From: Candidatus Electrothrix sp. GW3-4
GTDB lineage: Bacteria > Desulfobacterota > Desulfobulbia > Desulfobulbales > Desulfobulbaceae
Direction of reading: 5' to 3'
NCBI RefSeq assembly: GCF_037902255.1
Contig: NZ_CP147990.1
Coordinates: 660,001 to 692,000, forward strand
DNA: 32,000 bases
In this document: positions 8,192 to 15,281 of the stretch, in pieces
How the letters are laid out: each line of letters begins with the position of its first letter
Position numbering within the stretch: the stretch's first letter is position 1
Notes under the pieces: model-generated
Database searches by the model: none
Seen by the model: only the letters and a program-made list of their open reading frames with translations
What the model was told of the DNA's origin: nothing
Program-made: the position numbers and the translations under genes

Positions 8192-8665
8192 TTAGACAAC
8201 CTTCTTTAGTCTGGGACTGTATTTCTCAAACTGTTTGTCACCAATAGCTGTAATCACTTTTTCTACCTGAAGAAGTTGGCTGATGACTGTTTTTGATTGT
8301 TCCTCCAGAATATTATATTTATTCATAGCCTGCTCACGTTGTTCAGCAAGCATTTTTTTACGAGACCGTCCTAGTAATTTACTGAAAAAAGAGGGTTCAT
8401 TCTCACCGAACAGAATTGAAAATATTTCCATATAGGTCTTGTGCAGCTTGTTATGTGACTCTTCAATTTCTTTAAATCCAGGAATCTCATTCAGCGTTTG
8501 CCCTACTGTGTAATACCAATTCCCGAATTCACACTCTGTTGGATTAACGGGAACTTTATCCTTCTCAAGAGGAACGCCTTCAATAAGGGCACGAGCATCA
8601 GCTACCCATTTTTTGTGGTTGCGTGCGGCATCTCTCAGTGTTGTAATGACTTCATTTTTGTCCAT
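8192..8665 (-). CDS. CZB (chemoreceptor zinc-binding)-like domain protein
   Basis: 157 aa. The pattern HKKWVADARALIEG...PTECEFGNWYY...EIEESHNKLH matches the H-x3-W ... C-x-(F/L)G-x-W ... H-x3-H layout of CZB domains as I recall it. It has its own terminator. Confidence 0.6.
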   Translation of the reverse strand: MDKNEVITTLRDAARNHKKWVADARALIEGVPLEKDKVPVNPTECEFGNWYYTVGQTLNEIPGFKEIEESHNKLHKTYMEIFSILFGENEPSFFSKLLGRSRKKMLAEQREQAMNKYNILEEQSKTVISQLLQVEKVITAIGDKQFEKYSPRLKKVV

Positions 8666-9747
8666 TTTTTAAAACCTCTATGTGGAATTTAGGGATTTTG
8701 CCGAAGTTTCAGCTGCATTATCATCGCGGGAGGCATAATAAAGCAATGCTTGACGCTTCCTGAAAACTGAGAAGAGTTTCTTCTGAAAAGATAAGTGCGG
8801 TAATAGGCAGCATGACAGATAGCTGCCAATAGGTGGGCTAAAGGCATAGCTTTACACTCCGGCATTTGTAAAAGTAGGTAGCCCGGCTGTCTCTTTTGGG
8901 GAGATCCGTGGCTTTCCGACACCGCCTCACGACGGCTGTGGCTTTATTCGACTTTCCGGTTCAGGCCAGAAAGCAGAGATACGTGTTCATTAAGCGAATG
9001 GCTTAAGGAACTTCTAAAAGGTATAAAAGTAAACAGAATATGTCAAGTTTTTTGTTAAAAAACAAATATATAAGATTAATTATCATTTATGAAAAAGAAT
9101 ATATCTTATTTTCTCTTTGTCGAGCAGGTCATAAAAGCACCCCCTCCGGTATCATAGCCGAAAGTAACTCTGTGCAGTCATGCGGGTTACTTGAGTAGAG
9201 TAGCAAACCTTTACGGGAAAGCCCCAAATGATCAATACTGACAGAGGGGAGTGAGATCAGATCATGGTAAAGAGAGTCCAGCTCATTAAAATCCATATGA
9301 CGACGGGCTCATATTAAGCAATTTGGCAAATACAGTCTGACTGAGCTTGAGCCTTTCTCTGATTTCTTTTGTTTGAGCGGAGGTTAGATTAACTTCTGGT
9401 ATGTTAAGCCCAAAGGCAGGGGCTTTTATTAGAAGAAGGCAACAGCTGAGCGCATATTTTTCAGTCGATGAATGTCGCGCTCTGTCGTTGTTATCAGCTG
9501 ATGCCTGAGTATTGACGGCAGGATGAGATACAATTTCGCTGGAAACGATATGTAGTAACAGCGTCTGGACGAATAAAAACTGTTGACAAGGTTTTGCTAT
9601 ATGGTAATTTTTTACAGCAAAACGGTTGAAGGAGCCGGGCGCTGTTTATTTGAAAAATACTCAATGACCTTAACCTGGTGCTTGGCTTTCTTCAACCGCC
9701 TTTCTTGCGAGGAGGGGGCTGTTCAATTGATATGACAGTGGTAAAAA

Positions 9748-10014
9748 CTACACTGTAATGATCAGTTCTGTTGAGTCTTTTACTAACTTATAAAAATCAC
9801 ATTTGATACATTCAAAAAGCCCGCCGCAGCAGAAACCTAAATTATTCTCTATTGTTGACTGATATGGAATAATAGCCCAACAGCAGCGTCCACCGTTTTT
9901 ACCGTTATGAATGCCATCCACACTGGATTCTGTTGTAACTGGGCAGATCCCATATAGAGCAATGTTTTTTCCGTTGGGTTCTCTTCCGCAATCCTTAAAT
10001 TCCCAGCAATTCAC
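9748..10014 (-). CDS. Small cysteine-rich two-CW domain protein
   Basis: 88 aa: MNCWEFKDCGREPNGKN...GGRCCWAII...CIKCDFYK. The two CW motifs (NCWEFKxCGRE and CCWAI) plus the C-terminal CxxCDFYK match the two-CW domain family as I recall it. GTG start at 10014 with a GGAGG SD 5 nt upstream. Confidence 0.65.
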   Translation of the reverse strand: MNCWEFKDCGREPNGKNIALYGICPVTTESSVDGIHNGKNGGRCCWAIIPYQSTIENNLGFCCGGLFECIKCDFYKLVKDSTELIITV

Positions 10015-10227
10015 GGTACCTCCTCTTGTTGTAGTTTTTTTACTTTTTTAGGGGAGCAGGTCGATTGGATCGTCAGGGCTGAAAACGCAAAAGCAAGAAA
10101 TCAGCAACTTATGTTCAGACCCTCTTGCAGGTGACTTGCAGAAGTTTTCTGACTGATAAGTTAACGTATTGATATTCCATCGTTTAATGGTGCCCCCCCC
10201 CTGATTCCGTAACAGTCAGTTTTTTTG

Positions 10228-10581
10228 TTACCTCTCAAAAGAGAACAACTCTACAATGGCATGGCGTGACATGGGGTTTTCTTTACCGATTTCTATCATC
10301 TGGTCAAAATAGTCATTGATCCTCTCGGTGGCAAACTGCTTTGCTTTTCTTCTCGCCTCATTCATCTCTGTCTCAAAATCGTTCTTCGATTGGAGCATGA
10401 AGCAGTTTGTAATATCGATATGATGTGGATCCTCTGCATCTGGATTTTCTTCGCTCGTCTTATCAACAAAAATATCGTAGGGGAGGCTCCATTGACAATC
10501 TGGATGAGTTGAAAGGTACGAGCGCATGGCTTCCATCAATGAAAAAAAAGAGTTCTTGGGCAAGACCTTCGTTTGCTTCAT
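10228..10581 (-). CDS. Hypothetical protein (117 aa)
   Basis: ORF with a good SD (AAGGAGAACAAACC-ATG). No family recognised. Confidence 0.55.
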   Translation of the reverse strand: MKQTKVLPKNSFFSLMEAMRSYLSTHPDCQWSLPYDIFVDKTSEENPDAEDPHHIDITNCFMLQSKNDFETEMNEARRKAKQFATERINDYFDQMIEIGKENPMSRHAIVELFSFER

Positions 10582-10837
10582 GGTTTGTTCTCCTTGACTG
10601 TTTGGAATCCCGTCGAATCTATAATGAGTTCATCTTCAGTTTCTTCCTCCTGATAAACATGTGTTACTCTCCTTTTCTTTCCTCTATTAAAGAGTAAAAT
10701 GAAAAAATGATAAATTCAACTATTTTTTTATATCAGTATGTTGCATATGATTTTTACTTTCTTTGGTTTGGAGAAAATACTGGGGCACAATGAAAAAACA
10801 AAGGCCATTTTATAAGATAAAAGGCAACGGCAGTAGG

Positions 10838-10958
10838 TGCGCCGCTATGTGGTGTTCCGTGCTCGGTATACTCGGTGGTGACTGAGATGGAGTATTCGTT
10901 ATTCTGGGGATTATCCTGGGGAGGTATAGACTTCGGGGCGCCATTGAATGGTTGCCAT
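10838..10958 (-). pseudogene. Decayed, internally deleted paralog of the 357-aa HU-like/DUF4469-type gene
   Basis: ATG at 10958 gives MATIQWRPEV (compare MQTIQWRPEV at 13716), then a premature stop. Shifted by one frame, IPPQDNPQNNEYSISVTTEYTEHGTPHSG aligns to IPAQSQPWNNEYTVSVSARYSEHGTLRTG of the intact gene. This implies a ~0.6-kb internal deletion plus truncation. The listed 85-aa ORF 10754..11011 is a by-product. Confidence 0.6.
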
Positions 10959-11042
10959 GATCGTTCTCCGGTTGAGGTGGAAAGGTTCCGGGTTGGAAAA
11001 CTGAATATCATTAACGTTTACAGGAACGGGTTATGCAGGGGC

Positions 11043-11441
11043 TTAATGTTTTGTCGTCAGATCAGGGGGCAGGTATGGGGGGAATTTGTCTTCTTTCAGG
11101 CCGGGGATCTTGGGTGTGTGGATCCTGACATCCACATGAAAGAGATGTTCTTCTCCAGGCCTGGGCGGGGGTGACGGCTCATTTTCATCGCCCGAGACAA
11201 GGCGGTAGAGGATCTCGTCGCCGATGATAATCTCTTTGTGCTTCAGGAGAAGTTGAGTAAGATGGTCCATGGATGCATGCGCTATTGCTCTGAGCTCTTC
11301 TTCGCTCTGCTCCGGGTGCTTCTGGATAGCCTTGGCGACTATCCTCTCGATAAGTTGATTCTTTTCTGGTTCGATGTCTTGGGTGGGGGACGCAGAGGTG
11401 CTGCAAGGGGAGCTCTCAAAGGGTGGTTTCTTTGCTGCCAT
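11043..11441 (-). CDS. Hypothetical protein (132 aa, Pro-rich C-terminal half)
   Basis: ORF with SD-like CGGAGAACAATC-ATG. The 29 nt around the start (GCCATGATTGTTCTCCGGTTGAGGTGG) are almost identical to the start region of the pseudogene at 10958. No family recognised. Confidence 0.5.
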   Translation of the reverse strand: MAAKKPPFESSPCSTSASPTQDIEPEKNQLIERIVAKAIQKHPEQSEEELRAIAHASMDHLTQLLLKHKEIIIGDEILYRLVSGDENEPSPPPRPGEEHLFHVDVRIHTPKIPGLKEDKFPPYLPPDLTTKH

Positions 11442-11651
11442 GATTGTTCTCCGGTTGAGGTGGGTAAGGGGTGGGACACGGGAACAGATGATTATCTCAT
11501 CTCTCTAAAACGAGGGGTTAGTTTTGTCAAGATTTTTTTACGGGGCGTTGCATTGGAAGAGGTTCAAGGGGGGCTGTTCAATTGGCAAAACATGCAGGGA
11601 TGTTCCCTGCAAACATCCCATGATCTTTTTTCTCCCTATCCACGCAGACTT

Positions 11652-11680
11652 TTGCATCCTCCTGAGGAATAGGGTAGAGT
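11652..11680 (+). promoter_or_regulatory. Sigma70-like promoter module TTGCAT-N17-TAGAGT (one of three homologous copies)
   Basis: TTGCAT 11652-11657, a 17-nt spacer, then TAGAGT 11675-11680, followed by GGCA. The flanking ~55 nt are homologous to 18478-18530 and 17366-17420. It lies about 130 nt upstream of the 242-aa ORF. Confidence 0.45.
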
Positions 11681-11811
11681 GGCAGCGAGAATTTTTTGGA
11701 TTTGGGCTTTGATGTATGTCTGCCACCGCTGCATAAGAGGGAACAAGTACAGCCATAATCCGGCTCCCTCAATGGATGAGGGATAAATATCTTTGTTTGG
11801 AGTAAGGAAAA

Positions 11812-12540
11812 ATGAGCGATCTTAATTTGTTCGATGATGATGAAGACGAACTGACGGACTTCTTGGAGATAATCCCTGAGCAGTTCATTGTTACGGAGGA
11901 AGAGCTTGATCAGGAAGTGTATGCGCAGTTTATGGCTGAGCTGGAAGATCTTGAGCCTGAGGCAGACTGCGCCGTACTGCTCGGGCAGGCACAGGAATTA
12001 TCGTCCGAAGCCTTATCTCTCGCCCAAAAAAAGAATATTCTGGCACAACTGGCCATTCAGGGTGCGGCAGAGGCCTGTCAGTTTTTGCAGCAGTATTGCA
12101 GCAACTGTGAACCGGTTCTTGAACAATGGGCCAAGATTGCCTTGTATGAATGTCAGATGCATATGGAAACGGATCTGTTTGATGAGCCTGTCGGCTTGGT
12201 CTCAACCGGTTTGGGTGGAGAAGGTGAGTGGTTGCGCTATATCTTTGTCCTTGCCTTGCAGGGAGAGTGTCCAGTGCAGGAGCAACAGCAGGAGATAGAG
12301 GGTACCCTGGGCAGGGTGTGTCGGCAGAATCACTCGAAGGTGGAACAGGTGCAGTTCTCTCCCTCTTATCTATCCGTGCAGGTTCTTGTTCCCTTGGATG
12401 AAGCTGTCGGGGAGGTGGTGGAAGAGGTTATTGTCCAGTTGAATCAGCGCGGTGGTGGGTTGCGGGAGGAGTATATGGTGACCAATGTTGCGGTGCCGAG
12501 TGAGGAGGAGATACAGGCCTTTCTCAATGACCTGCAATAA
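11812..12540 (+). CDS. Hypothetical acidic protein (242 aa)
   Basis: ORF with SD GGAGTAAGGAAAA-ATG and a very acidic N-terminus (MSDLNLFDDDEDELTDFLE). Overlapping ORFs in other frames are shadows. No family recognised. Confidence 0.6.
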   Translation: MSDLNLFDDDEDELTDFLEIIPEQFIVTEEELDQEVYAQFMAELEDLEPEADCAVLLGQAQELSSEALSLAQKKNILAQLAIQGAAEACQFLQQYCSNCEPVLEQWAKIALYECQMHMETDLFDEPVGLVSTGLGGEGEWLRYIFVLALQGECPVQEQQQEIEGTLGRVCRQNHSKVEQVQFSPSYLSVQVLVPLDEAVGEVVEEVIVQLNQRGGGLREEYMVTNVAVPSEEEIQAFLNDLQ

Positions 12541-12642
12541 CAGGTTGATGCGCCTCTCTTGCAGCAATCCTTTCGGTGCAATGAGAGGGGCATGCCGAGG
12601 CATGAGCCTGCCTCCTTTCATCCTGCCTTATGTCAGATTATG

Positions 12643-13716
12643 TCAGAGTCGGATATCGAGAATATCCAGTAATCTGCCACCGTAATCATTCCTGGTCATC
12701 TCCTTCAGGGCGGCATAATCGTTCACCCGGATGCTGAGGCTGCTGACTGCCGAGTCCGCAAAGCCCGGCAGGGTGCATCCGCCATTCTCACGCACCGGCA
12801 CGGCAGTGCCTGTCCTTCCCTTTTTCTCCATATCCAGCAAACTGAAGAGCAGCACCTTCTTGCGGTGGTCAAGGATGACCTGAATGCGGAGCATCTCGTC
12901 CGCTGTCACCGTGCCGCCAATGACCGAGACATACGGGCTGGCTGCTTTGCCGGTGAGGATGCCGTGCTCCGGTGGATCAGGCTGACCAAAGCCGCTTAAG
13001 GTGAGGGGGCTGCGCAGCATCTGTCGGCAGGTGCCGGTGCGCAATGTGCCATGCTCGCTGTAGCGGGCCGAGACTGAGACCGTGTACTCGTTATTCCACG
13101 GCTGACTCTGGGCAGGGATGTCGGGTATGAGCATGATACTGCTGTTCTCAATCATGCCAAAGCGGCTCTGGACGGCACTGCCGCTCTCGGTGCCCTTGAT
13201 GAGACACTGACTGCCAGGTTGTTGCGGGTCAAAGGAAAAATTGCGCCCCTTGAGCTGGAGCAGGCCATCGGGATTGAGGACATTATTGAGGCCGAGCAGC
13301 GCATCGCGGGCCGTGCTGATCACTGGTTTCTTTTCGCGCACAGGCAGGCGTTCTGTACGGGCGGATTGACGGATAGCCCTGGTAAAGGGCGGTGAGATGC
13401 GCACATTGACATTCAGGCATTGATCAATCGACGGCAGCGGGTCGTTCGGGTGGTCCAGCCTGCCGCTGAAGGAGACAAACCAGCTCCAGCTCCCCTCCTT
13501 GGTCACCTGCTCACCGTTGAGGAGTCGTGCCTGCACGGCCTTGTCCTCGGCCCGAAGGATGGTCAGGATGTCAGCTTTGCTGAAGTTGGGGTGCCGCAGG
13601 GCAATGTCATCAGCGATATCCTCAATGCCTGCTGATCTGCGAGGCACGGCAAGGATGCGCCAGGACGGAGGAGTGGTCATTGCGTTTACTTCGGGTCGCC
13701 ATTGGATTGTCTGCAT
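12643..13716 (-). CDS. HU-CCDC81-like N-terminal DNA-binding domain plus DUF4469-like C-terminal domain protein
   Basis: 357 aa with SD AAGGAGG upstream. The N-terminal IEDIADDIALRHPNFSKADILTILRAEDKAVQARLLNGEQVTKEGSWSWFVSFSGRL resembles HU-like bacterial CCDC81 domains. The C-terminal LQLKGRNFSFDP...NEYTVSVSARYSEHGTLRTG resembles DUF4469. Both assignments are from memory of those families. Confidence 0.5.
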   Translation of the reverse strand: MQTIQWRPEVNAMTTPPSWRILAVPRRSAGIEDIADDIALRHPNFSKADILTILRAEDKAVQARLLNGEQVTKEGSWSWFVSFSGRLDHPNDPLPSIDQCLNVNVRISPPFTRAIRQSARTERLPVREKKPVISTARDALLGLNNVLNPDGLLQLKGRNFSFDPQQPGSQCLIKGTESGSAVQSRFGMIENSSIMLIPDIPAQSQPWNNEYTVSVSARYSEHGTLRTGTCRQMLRSPLTLSGFGQPDPPEHGILTGKAASPYVSVIGGTVTADEMLRIQVILDHRKKVLLFSLLDMEKKGRTGTAVPVRENGGCTLPGFADSAVSSLSIRVNDYAALKEMTRNDYGGRLLDILDIRL

Positions 13717-13821
13717 GAGGGGCCTCCTTTTCTACGTATTTGGTTGAGATAGTGGAACGAGCTGATAATGCTTTATCGTAAAGCTGAAAAAGGAGGGTGT
13801 CAACCAGTTTGCAAGGAAGGG

Positions 13822-13929
13822 TTCCACTATAGTGGAAAGGATGGTTGCACTGTAGTGGAACGTAGGTTTGCACTATAGTGGAAAGGGTGGTTCCACTATA
13901 GTGTGAAGGGGGGGTGGACTATGGTGAAA
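13822..13929. repeat. Five tandem 23-bp iterons, each centred on the palindrome TTCCACTATAGTGGAA
   Basis: 16-bp cores start at 13822, 13845, 13868, 13891 and 13914, an exact 23-bp period. The cores are TTCCACTATAGTGGAA (perfect palindrome), TTGCACTGTAGTGGAA, TTGCACTATAGTGGAA, TTCCACTATAGTGTGA and GTGGACTATGGTGAAA. The array lies between the DUF3368 stop (14027) and the DUF4469-type gene start (13716). Confidence 0.85.
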
Positions 13930-14026
13930 GGGAGTGAGGAAAGACAATGGTTGCGTTATAACTTTGTTCTTATCAGGCTGGGAAGGGTACTGTGGAAAAG
14001 GAACAGCGTCAGGGGTAAGGAAGGGC

Positions 14027-14500
14027 TTAGGTGAGGTCAGTTTCGCTTTCGCCGCATTGCTGTATGAGTCGTTCAATAAGTCGCGGATGATAGCGCAGTC
14101 CATTATGCCGCATATCTCTCACGCACTCGGTAAACGAGGTGATCAGTCCTTTCTTTTTGGCGTTCAGAAGAATACCGAGAGTACCGATAACGGACAGGTC
14201 GAGATACTCTGCTACATTCCTGCCAATCTTTTCATCAATAATAACCAGGTCGGCTTTTTGCTGACATGCGGTATGGATGGTATGCTTTTCCCCTTTGTCG
14301 AGTTCCAGAAGTACATGGCTGCTGATTTCAGGAGATGAGGGGATGGTTTTTATCCACGGCAGCGAAGTCAGCTCAGGAACCGCTACCGGGCCGCCCGCTC
14401 TGCATTCTTCTATGACTTTGGTGAAAAGCTGTGGCAGCAGGTCAAGCTGATTGATGGAAGTAAGAGCGATAAAGGGCGTAGTGTTGGAAAAGACAATCAC
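14027..14500 (-). CDS. DUF3368 (PIN-like) putative toxin
   Basis: 157 aa: MIVFSNTTPFIALTSINQLDLLPQLF...LDKGEKHTIHTACQQKADLVIIDEKIGRNVAEYLDLSVIGTLGILLNAKKKGLI matches the DUF3368 PIN-like family. It overlaps the upstream UPF0175 gene by 4 bp (ATGA). Confidence 0.8.
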   Translation of the reverse strand: MIVFSNTTPFIALTSINQLDLLPQLFTKVIEECRAGGPVAVPELTSLPWIKTIPSSPEISSHVLLELDKGEKHTIHTACQQKADLVIIDEKIGRNVAEYLDLSVIGTLGILLNAKKKGLITSFTECVRDMRHNGLRYHPRLIERLIQQCGESETDLT

Positions 14501-14751
14501 AGCAGCATCGTCTCCCGGCGAAAGTCATCTGCCGAGTCCTCAAGCAGTTCTGCGCCCTGTTCCATTGCTTTGAACAAGAAAGTTGCTCTGGGTATATCAA
14601 GCCATTTGGCCGCCATGCCGGAAGATATCTTCCCTTTTCTGAATAAGGCGATTGCTGCCTCAAGTTTGACGATCTCCGCCAGGCTTTCGGCGTTAACGTG
14701 AAGCCCCAGCAGCAGTTCTGTGGGACATTGTATTTTCATGGTGTTTTCCAT
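14497..14751 (-). CDS. UPF0175 family putative antitoxin
   Basis: 84 aa. The AIALFRKGKISSGMAAKWLDIPRATFL segment is typical of UPF0175 partners of DUF3368 proteins. It is translationally coupled to the downstream gene. Confidence 0.75.
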   Translation of the reverse strand: MENTMKIQCPTELLLGLHVNAESLAEIVKLEAAIALFRKGKISSGMAAKWLDIPRATFLFKAMEQGAELLEDSADDFRRETMLL

Positions 14752-14954
14752 TCGCTCGCCTCCAGTATCGGACGGGTTGTATTGCTTATATAATGAAAGT
14801 AGAGGGAAGTGGCTATAGTGTCAAGGTTTTTCTCTCTTTCCTTGTGTCGCTATACTTCCTGCGCATCTTGCCGGAAAACTGTTGCCAAGGCCTGCCGGAC
14901 AGTGTAGCCTTTCTTTATGAGATACCTAATCAATAGTACTGAGGAGAAACCGGT

Positions 14955-15281
14955 ATGAAGGCACTCCGCACTCTGAAGCAGGTGCAGAATGGGCAGGTTC
15001 ACCTGCATCTGCCCAAACAGTTCTGGGGACAGCAGGTTGAAATCATTGTGCTCTCCGGGGCGCAGCAGGAAGGGGGTGAGGAGGCCGGAGCCTCTCTGCG
15101 CGGCTGTTTGCGGCAGTACGCGAATCCATCCCTGGCTGCGCAGGAAGAGGGGGCTTGGGGCACTGCGGTGGAGGAAGCAGGATGGCGAGAACTGACTCCG
15201 TGCCGCTATGTCTCCTGCGTACCTTGCCGCGCTGCCCGTACCTGTGCCAATTCCTCGCGCCATTTCTCCAATAAAGGATAG
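14955..15281 (+). CDS. Orphan AbrB/SpoVT-like antitoxin-type ORF; 3' end uncertain
   Basis: The N-terminus MKALRTLKQVQNGQVHLHLPKQFWGQQVEIIVL resembles small swapped-hairpin antitoxins. SD GAGGAGAAACCGGT-ATG. No cognate toxin follows. The last ~75 nt overlap the convergent STAND gene 3' end, so the true end or intactness is doubtful. Confidence 0.35.
   Translation: MKALRTLKQVQNGQVHLHLPKQFWGQQVEIIVLSGAQQEGGEEAGASLRGCLRQYANPSLAAQEEGAWGTAVEEAGWRELTPCRYVSCVPCRAARTCANSSRHFSNKG

Noticed and set aside
8689-8922. 77-aa minus-strand ORF
   Set aside because: It has no SD and no recognisable motifs, and it sits in an apparently decaying intergenic region.
9132-9560. Possible degraded XRE-type antitoxin with a small partner ORF. 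Minus strand ...PEVNLTSAQTKEIRERLKLSQTVFAKLLNMSPSSYGF* ends at 9286 and overlaps a 54-codon ORF starting at 9296.
   Set aside because: The HTH is truncated after its recognition-helix start. No start codon or SD could be assigned, and the 54-aa ORF matches nothing I recognise. It is plausibly a TA remnant but not supportable as a feature.
11675-11695. Sigma54 promoter suggested by GTGGCA in the conserved module
   Set aside because: The GG-N10-GC spacing of -24/-12 promoters is not met: TT occupies the -12 GC position. A TTGCAT-N17-TAGAGT sigma70-type reading fits all three copies better.
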